DNA from: an uncultured Clostridia bacterium
GTDB lineage: Bacteria; Bacillota; Clostridia; TANB77; CAG-508
Direction: 5' to 3'
DNA: 64,000 nucleotides
NCBI GenBank assembly: GCA_963556825.1
Contig: CAUWAM010000004.1
Location: 26,234-90,233 of the forward strand
The notes under the pieces are model-generated. The model had not been told where the DNA came from and ran no database searches. It saw only the letters and a list, made by a program, of their open reading frames with translations. Every line of letters starts with the position of its first letter. The first letter of the stretch is position 1. The position numbers and the translations under genes were made by a program. Positions 38,752 through 49,533 of this stretch are shown here, one piece after another.

Positions 38752-39975
38752 ATGAATATAAAAGAAATAAAAAAGGACTTTCCATTGTTGGAAAATCAAA
38801 ATATTACATATTTGGACAGTGGAGCAACAACGCAAAAACCAATACAAGTAATAAAAGTAGTAGAAGAATTTTATGAAAAATATAATGCAAATCCACATAG
38901 AGGAGCATATACATTAAGCTTGGAAGCAACTCAGAATTATGAAGATATTAGAGCAAAAATAGCAAAATTCATAAATGCAAAACATACAGAAGAAATAATA
39001 TTTGCTAAAAATGCTACTGAAAGCTTAAATTTAATTGCATATTCATATGGGATGGACAATCTAAAAAAAGATGATGAAGTAGTTATTTCTATATTGGAAC
39101 ATCATTCTAATTTAGTACCATGGCAGAAAATCACTAAAGCTACTGGAAGTAAACTAAATTATATGTACATAAATGAAGATTTTGAACTATCAGATGAAGA
39201 GATAAAAAACAAAATTACGAACAAAACGAAAATAGTCGGAATTACACATGTATCAAATGCTTTAGGAACTGTAAATAATGTGAAAAAAATAATAAAATAT
39301 GCTCATAAAAAAGGAGCAGTTGTAATTGTAGATGCATCACAAAGTATTCCACATATGAAAATAGATGTGCAAGATTTAGATGCTGATTTTTTAGTATTTT
39401 CAGGACATAAAATGTTAGCGCCACTTGGAATTGGTGTGCTATATGGGAAAAGAGAGATCTTAAATAAAATGAATCCATTTTTGATGGGTGGAGACATGAT
39501 CGAATATGTATATGAACAAGAAACAACTTTTGCACCACTTCCAAATAAATTTGAAGCTGGAACACAAAATGTAGAAGGGGTTATAGGATTAGGTGCAGCA
39601 ATTGATTATATTGAAAATTTAGGATATGATAAAATACAAGAAATTGAAAATGAAGTATTATCATATGCAAGAAAAGAATTATCAAAGCTAGATTTCTTAA
39701 CATTATATTTAACACCAAATGAAAAAAATCATTCAGGAGTAATATCATTTAATATAAATGGAGTACATCCACACGATGTTGCAAGTATTTTAGATTCAGA
39801 AGGTATATGTGTACGTTCAGGAAACCATTGTGCACAACCACTTATGAGATTTCTATCAATAGATTCTACTTGTAGAGCAAGCTTCTATTTCTATAATACA
39901 AAAGAGGATGTAGATAAACTAGTTAAAGCATTAAATAAAGCATATGATATGTTTAAAAAATATATAAAAAAATAG
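38752..39975 (+). CDS. sufS: cysteine desulfurase SufS
   Basis: YLDSGATTQKP, EHHSN, FSGHKM, RSGNHCA. Confidence 0.95.
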   Translation: MNIKEIKKDFPLLENQNITYLDSGATTQKPIQVIKVVEEFYEKYNANPHRGAYTLSLEATQNYEDIRAKIAKFINAKHTEEIIFAKNATESLNLIAYSYGMDNLKKDDEVVISILEHHSNLVPWQKITKATGSKLNYMYINEDFELSDEEIKNKITNKTKIVGITHVSNALGTVNNVKKIIKYAHKKGAVVIVDASQSIPHMKIDVQDLDADFLVFSGHKMLAPLGIGVLYGKREILNKMNPFLMGGDMIEYVYEQETTFAPLPNKFEAGTQNVEGVIGLGAAIDYIENLGYDKIQEIENEVLSYARKELSKLDFLTLYLTPNEKNHSGVISFNINGVHPHDVASILDSEGICVRSGNHCAQPLMRFLSIDSTCRASFYFYNTKEDVDKLVKALNKAYDMFKKYIKK

Positions 39976-39989
39976 AAAGGTAAAGTTTA

Positions 39990-40421
39990 ATGGAAGATTT
40001 AACAGAAGTTTATAATGAATTAATAATGGAACACAGCATGAATTCATATAATAAAAAGAAACTAGAAAAAGTAGATTATTGTGAAATAGGACATAATCCA
40101 AATTGTGGAGATGAAATAACGTTAGAATTAAAATTAAATGGAAAAATCATTGAAGACATGGCATTTAGCGGACATGGATGTGCAATTTCACAAGCTTCAA
40201 CATCTATAATGATAGATACGTTAAAAGGAAAAACAATAGATGAAGCAAAAGAAATAATAAAAACATTTATAAAAATGATAAAAAGAGAAATAACAGATGA
40301 AAAAGAACTAAAGAAATTAGAGGATGCAATCGCTTTTAGAAATGTATCAAATATGCCAGCTAGAGTAAAGTGTGCATTACTTGCTTGGCATACAATTGAG
40401 GATGTTATTAATAATAAGTAA
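39990..40421 (+). CDS. sufU: SufU sulfur-transfer/scaffold protein
   Basis: NPNCGD, GCAISQAS, PARVKCA. Confidence 0.94.
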   Translation: MEDLTEVYNELIMEHSMNSYNKKKLEKVDYCEIGHNPNCGDEITLELKLNGKIIEDMAFSGHGCAISQASTSIMIDTLKGKTIDEAKEIIKTFIKMIKREITDEKELKKLEDAIAFRNVSNMPARVKCALLAWHTIEDVINNK

Positions 40422-40605
40422 AAAAGTATTTGAAAATTTTGTAATATAAATACAAAATTTGTAACATAAATGTAATAAAACATATCTTCTTAGAAACAAG
40501 CGAACAAAGAAAAATCAAAAAAACTTTTTTATAAAATGTTGCATTTGCAACAGTAAAAGAAAAATGTTGAGATATAATAAAGACATAAAAAATGAGGAAG
40601 GAGAT

Positions 40606-42774
40606 ATGGAAATGAAAATCATAAAAAGGGATGGAACAATAGTTGATTATAATCCAGAAAAAATAAAAATAGCAATACAAAAAGCTAATAATGAGGTATC
40701 TAATAGAGAAAGAGCTTCAGAAAAACAAATTAAAGAAATTATAAATTATATAGAAGACTTAAAAAAATCAAGAATATTGGTAGAAGATATACAAGATGTT
40801 ATAGAAAAAAAATTAATGTCATTTGGAAAATATGAATTAGCTAAAAAATATATTACATATAGATATACAAGAGAATTAGTTAGAAAAGCAAATACAACAG
40901 ATCAATCAATAAAAGAATTAATTGAAGGTGAAAGTGAATATTGGAACAGTGAAAATTCTAATAAGAATGCTAAAGTTGTAACAACACAAAGAGATTATTT
41001 AGCTGGAATAACAAGTACTGATATAACAAGAAGATTTTTATTACCAGAAGATATAGTAAAAGCACATGACGAAGGAATAATTCATTTCCATGACGCAGAT
41101 TATTTCGCACAAAATGCATTAACAAACTGTGAACTTATAAATTTAGAAGATATGCTACAAAATGGAACAATAATGAATGGAGTAATGATAGAAAAACCAC
41201 ATAGATTCATAACAGCATGTACAATAGCAACACAAATTATATTAGCTGTTACATCTTCAACATATGGAGGAGCAACAGTATCATTAGCACATTTAGCACC
41301 ATTTGTAAGAAGTAGCTATGATAAATATTATAAAAAATACAAAGAAAAAGGCTTAAAAGAAGAAGAATGTAAAAAATTTGCAAAAGAAGATACTAGAAAA
41401 GAGGTTTCAGACGGAGTACAAACATTTAATTATCAAGTAAATTCAATGACAAATACAAATGGACAAGCACCATTTTTATCTGTATGTATGTATTTGGGAG
41501 AAACAGAAGAATATAAAGAAGAACTAGCAATGATAATTGAGGAATTTTTAAGTCAGAGAATTTTGGGATTTAAAAATGAACAAGGTGTATATATAACACC
41601 AGCATTTCCAAAATTATTATATGTAATCGAAGAAGATAATATCCATGAAGATAGCAAATATTGGTATTTAACTCAATTGGCAGCAAAATGTACAGCAAAA
41701 AGAATGGTACCAGATTATATTTCTGAAAAGAAAATGAAAGAATTTAAAATAGATAAAAACGGAGAAGGACAATGCTATCCATGTATGGGATGTCGTTCAT
41801 TCTTAACACCATATGTTGATCCAGAAACAAACAAACCTAAATATTATGGAAGATTTAATCAAGGTGTTGTAACAATAAATTTAGTTGATGTTGCTTTAAC
41901 ATCAGGAAAAGACATGAATAAATTCTGGGAAATTTATGATGAAAGATTAGAATTATGTCATAGAGCTTTACAAGCAAGACATGAAAGATTAAGCAGAGTA
42001 ACAAGTGATGTAGCACCTATTTTATGGCAATATGGAGCTCTTGCAAGATTGCCAAAGGGATCAAGTATTCATCCATTATTACATGGTGGATATTCAACAA
42101 TTTCACTTGGATATGCTGGACTTTATGAATGTGTTAAATATATGACAAATAATAGCCATACTGATAATGGCGAGGGTAAAGAATTTGCTATAAAAGTTAT
42201 GCAAAAATTGAACGATAAATGCAAGGAATGGAAAGAAAAAGAAGATATAGACTATAGTGTTTATGGTACACCAATTGAGTCTACAACATATAAATTTTCA
42301 AAATGTCTAAAAGAAAGATTTGGAATAATTAAAGGAATTACAGATAGAGATTATATAACAAATTCTTATCATGTACCTGTATTTGAGGAAATCGATGCGT
42401 TTTCTAAATTGAAATTAGAAAGTGAATTCCAAAGATTAAGCCCTGGAGGTGCTATTTCTTATGTAGAAACACCTAATTTACAAGATAATTTAGAAGTTAT
42501 TATCCAAATAATTAAATTCATATATGATAATATTATGTATGCTGAGTTAAATACAAAATCAGATTATTGTCAAAAATGTGGTTATGATGGAGAAATTCTA
42601 ATAGATGACAATTTAGAATGGTATTGCCCAAATTGTGGTAATAGAGATCATAATACATTAAATGTAGCAAGAAGAACTTGTGGTTATATAGGAAGTAATT
42701 TCTGGAATAAAGGAAGAACTCAAGAAATAAAAGAAAGAGTTTTACATATAGATAATAAAGATGATGATGAATAA
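40606..42774 (+). CDS. nrdD: anaerobic ribonucleoside-triphosphate reductase (class III) with ATP cone
   Basis: IIKRDG ATP cone, MGCRSFL, CQKC/CPNC zinc site, RRTCGYIG glycyl radical motif. Confidence 0.96.
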   Translation: MEMKIIKRDGTIVDYNPEKIKIAIQKANNEVSNRERASEKQIKEIINYIEDLKKSRILVEDIQDVIEKKLMSFGKYELAKKYITYRYTRELVRKANTTDQSIKELIEGESEYWNSENSNKNAKVVTTQRDYLAGITSTDITRRFLLPEDIVKAHDEGIIHFHDADYFAQNALTNCELINLEDMLQNGTIMNGVMIEKPHRFITACTIATQIILAVTSSTYGGATVSLAHLAPFVRSSYDKYYKKYKEKGLKEEECKKFAKEDTRKEVSDGVQTFNYQVNSMTNTNGQAPFLSVCMYLGETEEYKEELAMIIEEFLSQRILGFKNEQGVYITPAFPKLLYVIEEDNIHEDSKYWYLTQLAAKCTAKRMVPDYISEKKMKEFKIDKNGEGQCYPCMGCRSFLTPYVDPETNKPKYYGRFNQGVVTINLVDVALTSGKDMNKFWEIYDERLELCHRALQARHERLSRVTSDVAPILWQYGALARLPKGSSIHPLLHGGYSTISLGYAGLYECVKYMTNNSHTDNGEGKEFAIKVMQKLNDKCKEWKEKEDIDYSVYGTPIESTTYKFSKCLKERFGIIKGITDRDYITNSYHVPVFEEIDAFSKLKLESEFQRLSPGGAISYVETPNLQDNLEVIIQIIKFIYDNIMYAELNTKSDYCQKCGYDGEILIDDNLEWYCPNCGNRDHNTLNVARRTCGYIGSNFWNKGRTQEIKERVLHIDNKDDDE

Positions 42775-42787
42775 GAGGTAAAAAATC

Positions 42788-43276
42788 ATGAGATATAACA
42801 AAATTAGAAAAATGGACATTGCAGATGGACCAGGAGTAAGAGTGTCAATATTTATGCAGGGATGTACATTTAACTGTAAAAATTGTTTTAATAAAGAAAC
42901 ACATGATTTTAATGGAGGAAAAGAATTTACTCAAGACACAATAAATAGAGTATTAGAATTATGTGAAAATGAAAATATAGAAGGACTATCAATATTAGGT
43001 GGAGAACCAATGAACCCTAAAAATATTGAAGGAACTACAAAACTTGCAAAAGCTTTTAAAGAAAAATTTCCTAATAAGAATTTATGGGCATGGTCAGGTT
43101 ATTTGTTTGACAAAGAATTAAAAGACAAAGATGTAGTAAAATATTTAGATGTATTAGTTGATGGACAATATGTAGATGAGTTACATAATCCTACATTAAA
43201 ATGGAAAGGTTCTGCAAATCAAAGAGTTATAGATGTACAAAAAAGTCTAAAACAAAATAATGTGGTTTTATGGTAG
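42788..43276 (+). CDS. nrdG: anaerobic RNR activating enzyme
   Basis: DGPGVRVS, CTFNCKNC, GGEP, GSANQ. Confidence 0.95.
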   Translation: MRYNKIRKMDIADGPGVRVSIFMQGCTFNCKNCFNKETHDFNGGKEFTQDTINRVLELCENENIEGLSILGGEPMNPKNIEGTTKLAKAFKEKFPNKNLWAWSGYLFDKELKDKDVVKYLDVLVDGQYVDELHNPTLKWKGSANQRVIDVQKSLKQNNVVLW

Positions 43277-43376
43277 GAAAAGAGGAAATCTTTTTCCTAC
43301 CATTTTTTGCATATTTTGACAAAAACTATGGAGAAATTTTTGTAAATATGTTAATATATATAAAGAGAGGTAAAAA

Positions 43377-44096
43377 ATGAATAATAAGAAAAAAGTAAAA
43401 GTATTTAAAATAATGCTAATGATATTGGTATTAGTATTATGTGTAGCAATGATAATATATTTATTTCCTGTAATGAAAAATTTATCAACAACAGAAGGCC
43501 AAATAGAATTTAAAGAAAAAGTGCAAAATTTAGGAGTATTAGGAATGATTTTATTATTTGGGTTGCAGGTAGCCCAAATATTTTTAATAATAATACCAGG
43601 AGAACCAATAGAAATATTAGCAGGGATGTGTTATGGAGGATTATGGGGAACTGTTTTTATGATGGTTTCAGTATTCATAATTTCAACAACAATTTTTTTT
43701 ATTGTAAGAAAATTAGGTAGAAAATTTGTATGTGACTTTTGTGATGAAAATAAAATAAAAAAAATAGAAAACAGTAAATTATTTCAAAATCCAAAGAAAA
43801 TAGAAATAATAATGTTCATATTATTTTTAATACCGGGAACACCAAAAGATTTATTAACCTATATAGGTGGGATATTACCAATAAAACCAATCAATTTTAT
43901 AATTATATCAACATTGGCAAGATTCCCATCAATAATATCATCAACTTTAGCAGGAGAAAGTTTAGCTGTAGGAGATTGGAAAAAAGGAATTATATTATAT
44001 GGAATAGTTTTAGCAATAGTAGTAATTATAATGTTAATAATACATAAATTTGATAAAGATAAAACAACAACAGAAGCTTTAAAAACAATAAAATAA
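43377..44096 (+). CDS. TVP38/TMEM64 (DedA/VTT) membrane protein
   Basis: IIPGEPIEILAG, FLIPGTPKD, RFPSII. Confidence 0.88.
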   Translation: MNNKKKVKVFKIMLMILVLVLCVAMIIYLFPVMKNLSTTEGQIEFKEKVQNLGVLGMILLFGLQVAQIFLIIIPGEPIEILAGMCYGGLWGTVFMMVSVFIISTTIFFIVRKLGRKFVCDFCDENKIKKIENSKLFQNPKKIEIIMFILFLIPGTPKDLLTYIGGILPIKPINFIIISTLARFPSIISSTLAGESLAVGDWKKGIILYGIVLAIVVIIMLIIHKFDKDKTTTEALKTIK

Positions 44097-44114
44097 ATTT
44101 GGAAGGAAAAATAA

Positions 44115-44819
44115 ATGTTAAATCAATTTTCAAGAACAGAACTATTATTAGGAAAAGAAAGCATACAAAAATTAAATAAAACCAAAGTAGTAATATTTGG
44201 TATAGGAGGTGTAGGCTCTTTTGTAGTAGAGGGGCTAGTAAGAGCTGGAATAGGAAAATTTATATTAGTAGATGATGACAAAATCTGTTTAACAAATTTA
44301 AATAGACAAATACATGCAACAACAAAAACTATTGGAAAATACAAAGTTGACGTAATGAAAGAAAGAATTCTGGAAATTAATCCAAAAGCTGAAGTAGAAG
44401 TATATAAGCACTTTTATTTACCAAATTCAGAAGAAATAATATTAGAAAAAAGTATTAACTACATTGTAGATGCAGTAGATACAGTCACAGCAAAAATTGA
44501 ATTAGTAATGCAAGCAGATAAATTAAATATACCTATAATATCAGCAATGGGAACTGGAAATAAATTGGATGCAACAAGATTTGAAGTAACAGATATATAC
44601 AAAACGAGCGTATGCCCACTTGCAAAAGTGATGAGAAAACAATTAAAAACAAGAGGAATAAAAAAATTAAAAGTAGTATATTCAAAAGAAGAACCATTAA
44701 AACCATATGAAGGAAAAGAAAAGAGTTGTAAAAATCAAATACCAGGAAGTATATCATTTGTTCCATCAGTTGTGGGAATGATTATAGCAGGTGAAGTAAT
44801 AAAAGATATATTAAAATAA
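44115..44819 (+). CDS. tcdA: tRNA threonylcarbamoyladenosine dehydratase (ThiF family)
   Basis: FSRTELLLG, GIGGVGS, TNLNRQ, CPLAKVMR, VVYSKE. Confidence 0.88.
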   Translation: MLNQFSRTELLLGKESIQKLNKTKVVIFGIGGVGSFVVEGLVRAGIGKFILVDDDKICLTNLNRQIHATTKTIGKYKVDVMKERILEINPKAEVEVYKHFYLPNSEEIILEKSINYIVDAVDTVTAKIELVMQADKLNIPIISAMGTGNKLDATRFEVTDIYKTSVCPLAKVMRKQLKTRGIKKLKVVYSKEEPLKPYEGKEKSCKNQIPGSISFVPSVVGMIIAGEVIKDILK

Positions 44820-44912
44820 ACAGATTAAACAAAAATCGACTAAATGTTGAAATTTTTAAAAATATCTGTTATTATATATGAGAAAAAATAACAAAAATTA
44901 ATAGGGGAAAAA

Positions 44913-45758
44913 ATGATAAATATATTATTATGTGGAAATAAAAAAGTATTTGATGGAGCATTATCAGAGCTCATATCAATTACAAATAAAACAAAAGAAA
45001 CAATTACTTGTTATATTTTTACAATGGATGTATCTAGAATAAAACCAGAATATAAAGCTATAGAAGATAAACAAATAAAATTTTTAGAAGAAGTTGTTAA
45101 AATTAAAAATTCAAAAAATAAAATAATAAAGATAGATGTCACAGATATTTATGAAAAAGAATTTGCGAATTGTGCAAATGAAACAGCATATTGCACACCA
45201 TATACTTTGCTTAGACTATTAGCGGATTTAGTGCCTAATATGCCTGATAAATTATTATATCTAGATATAGACATGATGGTAAATGATGATATTGCACCAT
45301 TATATAATACTGACATTAAAGATTATGAATATGCTGCAGTTAAAGAAAAGTATGGAAGTAAATTTATAAGACCAGATTATATAAATGCAGGAATGTTGCT
45401 TTTAAATATGAAGAAAATTAAAGAGACAAAATTATTAGAAAAAGCAAGAAAATTAATTAAAAAAAGAAAACTATTATTTGCCGATCAAGATGCTATTTTT
45501 TGGAATACAACAAAAAAGAAGTTATTACCAAGAAAATATAATGAGCAAGCAAGTTTCAAAAGAGAAGATACTGTAATTTGTCATTTTTGTAAAAGATTAT
45601 TATGGTGGCCATATCCACATACTGAGAATTACAAACAATGGAACATAGATGAAATACATAAATATTTAAAATGCCATATATTTGATGCAGATTTAGAAGA
45701 ATACAAAAAATTTAAAGAAAAATATGAAAACAATATAAAAGAAGAAATAACTGAATAA
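44913..45758 (+). CDS. glycosyltransferase family 8
   Basis: LLRL, LYLDID, YINAGMLL, DQD. Confidence 0.85.
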   Translation: MINILLCGNKKVFDGALSELISITNKTKETITCYIFTMDVSRIKPEYKAIEDKQIKFLEEVVKIKNSKNKIIKIDVTDIYEKEFANCANETAYCTPYTLLRLLADLVPNMPDKLLYLDIDMMVNDDIAPLYNTDIKDYEYAAVKEKYGSKFIRPDYINAGMLLLNMKKIKETKLLEKARKLIKKRKLLFADQDAIFWNTTKKKLLPRKYNEQASFKREDTVICHFCKRLLWWPYPHTENYKQWNIDEIHKYLKCHIFDADLEEYKKFKEKYENNIKEEITE

Positions 45759-45775
45759 TGAAAGGATAAAATCAA

Positions 45776-47641
45776 ATGGAAAACAATTTAGAAGTAATAC
45801 CAATATTTTTTGCTGTAGATGATGGTTATATACCATTTTTAGCAGTAGCACTTCAATCATTAATAGAAAATTCATCAAAAAATTATTACTATTCAATTAA
45901 GATATTATATACAAATATAAATGAGGAAAATAAACAAAAAATCAACAAATATAAAAAAGACAATATTAATATAGAATTTGTAGATTTAAACTATTATATA
46001 GAAAAAGTAAAAGACAAACTATATACACGTGATTATTATACAAAAACGACATATTTTAGACTATTTATACCAGACTTATATCCACAATATGATAAGGTTT
46101 TATATCTTGATAGTGATATAGTTGTTTTAGGAGATATAGCAGAATTATACAATACAAATGTAAAAGATAATTTAGTTGCAGCAATACCAGATGATAGTGT
46201 ACAAACAATACCAGAATTTGCTGAATATGTTGAAAAAGTTGTTGGAGTTGCAAGCTATAAAAATTACTTTAATGCAGGAATTTTATTAATGAATTTAGAT
46301 GAATTGAGAAAAACGGACTTCCAATCTAAATTTTTATATTTATTAGAAACAGTAAAATTTAGTGTAGCACAAGATCAAGATTATTTAAACAGACTTTGTA
46401 AAGGAAGAACAATATTAGTAGATAGAAATTGGAATAAGATGCCTATTAAAGTAGATGGAGTAAATGAAGAAGATCTTAAATTAATCCATTACAATTTAGC
46501 ATATAAACCATGGCATTTTGATAATATTTTATATCAAGATTATTTTTGGAAATATGCAAAAGAAACAGAGTTTTTAGAACAAATAGAAGAAATTAAAAAT
46601 TCATACACAGAAGAAGAACGCTTTAGAGATATGGAACAATTCAAAAAACTAAAAGAGCTTTGTATGAAAGAAGCAGATTGTGTTGGAGATGACAGAAATT
46701 ATAGAAAATGCAATATTGAAGAGAAAAAACATTGGGAATATAAAAAATATATTTTAGGAAAAAAATATAAAAACTCAGTAATAGAATCTCAAAGTAGAGA
46801 AGAAGTATTTGAAAAAATAAAAGATTTAGAAAGAAATGGAATTTTTGATTTAGATGTAGAACAAGACCCACCAACAATACCATTAAAACCAGAAAATGTA
46901 GATTATTTAAGAGAAAAGGGATTAAATAGAATAAAAAATGTTTTAGCCAATAGGATGGGAGAAACATATTTAAAGGATTTAATAAAAAATAAAAAATTAA
47001 TAATAAAAGATATAAAAGGAATAGAAAATCTTGAAGGTATTAAAACAGGAGCAATGATAACATGTAACCACTTTAATTCAAATGATTTCCTTACAATTGA
47101 GCATGTTTTTAGAAAAACAAATCAAGTGAAAACAAAAAAAATGTATAAAGTAATAAGAGAAGGTAATTATACAAATTTTCCAGGTTTTCCAGGATTTTTA
47201 TTTAGAAATGGAGATACACTACCATTAAGTACAAATACAAGTACAATGATAGAATTTATGAAAGCAGTAGATACAATATTACAAAGAGGAGACTTTATAT
47301 TAATATACCCAGAACAAAGTATGTGGTGGAATTATAGAAAACCAAAGCCATTAAAAGTAGGAGCATATAAATTAGCTTCAAAAAACAATGTGCCAGTTAT
47401 TCCAATATTTATAACAATGGAAGATAGTGACATAAAAGGAGAAGATGGTTACCCAGTACAAGAATACACAGTAAATATTGCAAAACCAATCTATCCAGAT
47501 GAGGATTTATCAGTAAAAGAAAATACAGAAAGAATGAGAGAAAAAAATGCTCAAGTATGGAAAGAGATATATGAAGATTTTTATAAAATTCCACTTGAAT
47601 ATACAACAATAAAAGAAGACAAGGAATTAGTAAATGAATAA
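45776..47641 (+). CDS. GT8 glycosyltransferase fused to a PlsC-like acyltransferase
   Basis: YFRLFIP, LYLDSD, YFNAG, QDQD, KPW; then CNHFNSND (NHxxxxD) and IYPEQ. Confidence 0.85.
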   Translation: MENNLEVIPIFFAVDDGYIPFLAVALQSLIENSSKNYYYSIKILYTNINEENKQKINKYKKDNINIEFVDLNYYIEKVKDKLYTRDYYTKTTYFRLFIPDLYPQYDKVLYLDSDIVVLGDIAELYNTNVKDNLVAAIPDDSVQTIPEFAEYVEKVVGVASYKNYFNAGILLMNLDELRKTDFQSKFLYLLETVKFSVAQDQDYLNRLCKGRTILVDRNWNKMPIKVDGVNEEDLKLIHYNLAYKPWHFDNILYQDYFWKYAKETEFLEQIEEIKNSYTEEERFRDMEQFKKLKELCMKEADCVGDDRNYRKCNIEEKKHWEYKKYILGKKYKNSVIESQSREEVFEKIKDLERNGIFDLDVEQDPPTIPLKPENVDYLREKGLNRIKNVLANRMGETYLKDLIKNKKLIIKDIKGIENLEGIKTGAMITCNHFNSNDFLTIEHVFRKTNQVKTKKMYKVIREGNYTNFPGFPGFLFRNGDTLPLSTNTSTMIEFMKAVDTILQRGDFILIYPEQSMWWNYRKPKPLKVGAYKLASKNNVPVIPIFITMEDSDIKGEDGYPVQEYTVNIAKPIYPDEDLSVKENTERMREKNAQVWKEIYEDFYKIPLEYTTIKEDKELVNE

Positions 47642-48407
47642 AATAATATATTATCAAGATGAATTAAATGATGAATTTTCAAAATCGTCAATTACCCCTA
47701 GGGTAATTGACGAAAAATACAAATATGTGCATAAAAATCCATTATGGAATTTATGCTCTTTTGTTTTGCAAAATATTATAAGTGTACCAATAAAAATTTT
47801 ATATTCAAAAATAAAATTTAGAATAAAATATATTGGAAAAGAAAAATTAAAGCCATATAAAAAACAAGGTTATTTTATATATGGAAATCATACACAACCA
47901 TTTGCAGATACCTTTATACCAAGTATACCAATATATCCTAAAAGAAATTTTTTAATAGTAAATCCAGTAAATATATCACTTAAAGGAACAGGAACATTAG
48001 TAGAAATGTTAGGTGCAATGCCAATACCAAGTAATAAAGGAGCAATGAAAAATTTTTTAGAAGCAATAAAACAAAAAATGAATAAAAACTATGCAATAAC
48101 AATTTATCCAGAAGCACATATATGGCCGTATTATACGAAAATTAGACCTTTTAAAGAAGTATCATTTAAATACCCAGTACAATTAGAAAGACCAGCATTT
48201 TGTATAACAAATACTTATCAAAAATATGGGAAAAATAATAATAAAATAAAAATAGTATCTTACATAGACGGGCCATTTTATACAAATAAGAAATTAACAA
48301 TGAAAGAACAACAAAAAGAATTAAGAGATACAATTTATAATTGCATGGTAGAACGAAGTAAAAATAGTAATATAGAATATATAAAATATATAAAAAAAGT
48401 CATTTAA
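47634..48407 (+). CDS. lysophospholipid acyltransferase (PlsC-like)
   Basis: GNHTQPFAD, IYPEAH. Confidence 0.8.
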   Translation: MNKIIYYQDELNDEFSKSSITPRVIDEKYKYVHKNPLWNLCSFVLQNIISVPIKILYSKIKFRIKYIGKEKLKPYKKQGYFIYGNHTQPFADTFIPSIPIYPKRNFLIVNPVNISLKGTGTLVEMLGAMPIPSNKGAMKNFLEAIKQKMNKNYAITIYPEAHIWPYYTKIRPFKEVSFKYPVQLERPAFCITNTYQKYGKNNNKIKIVSYIDGPFYTNKKLTMKEQQKELRDTIYNCMVERSKNSNIEYIKYIKKVI

Positions 48408-48450
48408 AAGTCACATATATATTGTATTATACAAAAGTGGGAGAAAAATT

Positions 48451-49512
48451 ATGAATAAAACTAAAAAAATGATAAGAAACTTTATGATTTTTATTTTGTT
48501 AATTATTTTAACATTCTATTTGGTATTAAAAGACCAAAATATATACGAAATATTTGATATATTAAAAAGCGTAAAAAAAGAATTTGTATTAATTGGATTA
48601 ATATGTATGCTATGTTATTTAATATTAGAAGCTGTTAATATAGGAAGGACATTAAAAGCACTAAATGAAAAAAGTAATTTTTTAAAAAACTTTAAATATG
48701 CATTGATAGGTTTTTTCTTTAGTGCAATAACACCAGCAGCAAGTGGAGGCCAGCCGATGCAAATATATTATATGTACAAAGATAGTATTTCTGTTGCAAA
48801 TTCTACATTAGCACTATTGATGAATTTATTTAGTATGCAAGTAATCACAATTTCATTTGCATTGGTAAGTGTAACAATAAATTATAAATATTTAAGTACA
48901 GGATTAGCTTGGTTTTTTGCAATCGGTGTAACATTGAACTTGATGGCATTAGCACTTCTTTTAGTAGGAATTTTCTCAAAAAGATTATCTGAAGAACTAA
49001 TAAAAATTGCAGTAAAAATATTAAAATTTTTTAGATTTAAAAAAGTAGATAAAGTTCAAGAAAAATTAAAAAATGAATTAGAACAATATCATGGAAGTGC
49101 TAAATATATAAAATCAAATCCTATTGTAATTGTAAAAATATTGATAACAACTGCAGTTCAATTTGCAATTTATTATAGTATTCCATATTGGATATATTGT
49201 GCATTTAGTTTAAAGGGATTTAATATTTTCCAAATAATAACATTACAATCAGTACTATTTGCAACAGTTTCAGGAATACCATCACCAGGAGCAGTAGGTG
49301 TAAGTGAAGGCGGATTTATGTCAATATTTAGAAGTGTATTTCCAGCTAGTGTAATTAGTAGTTCTATGATTTTAACAAGAGGTGTAAATTTTTATTTCTA
49401 TGTAATAGTTAGTGGAATTGTAGTTATTATAAGCACTTTAAAAACGAAGAAAGAACAAAAAGAAATTCAAATAAAAGAAGAAAATGAAGTAAAAGAAAAT
49501 GAGGAAGAGTAA
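48451..49512 (+). CDS. lysylphosphatidylglycerol synthase TM-domain / UPF0104 flippase
   Basis: FSAITPAASGGQP, PSPGAVGVSE. Confidence 0.88.
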   Translation: MNKTKKMIRNFMIFILLIILTFYLVLKDQNIYEIFDILKSVKKEFVLIGLICMLCYLILEAVNIGRTLKALNEKSNFLKNFKYALIGFFFSAITPAASGGQPMQIYYMYKDSISVANSTLALLMNLFSMQVITISFALVSVTINYKYLSTGLAWFFAIGVTLNLMALALLLVGIFSKRLSEELIKIAVKILKFFRFKKVDKVQEKLKNELEQYHGSAKYIKSNPIVIVKILITTAVQFAIYYSIPYWIYCAFSLKGFNIFQIITLQSVLFATVSGIPSPGAVGVSEGGFMSIFRSVFPASVISSSMILTRGVNFYFYVIVSGIVVIISTLKTKKEQKEIQIKEENEVKENEEE

Positions 49513-49533
49513 ATCTTCCTCATTTTTTAATAA

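Noticed and set aside
40621-40635. General frameshifting or reassignment at AGG codons
   Set aside because: AGG is in frame as the conserved Arg of nrdD 'IKRDG' and in several other intact genes, so only CGG stands out in this window.
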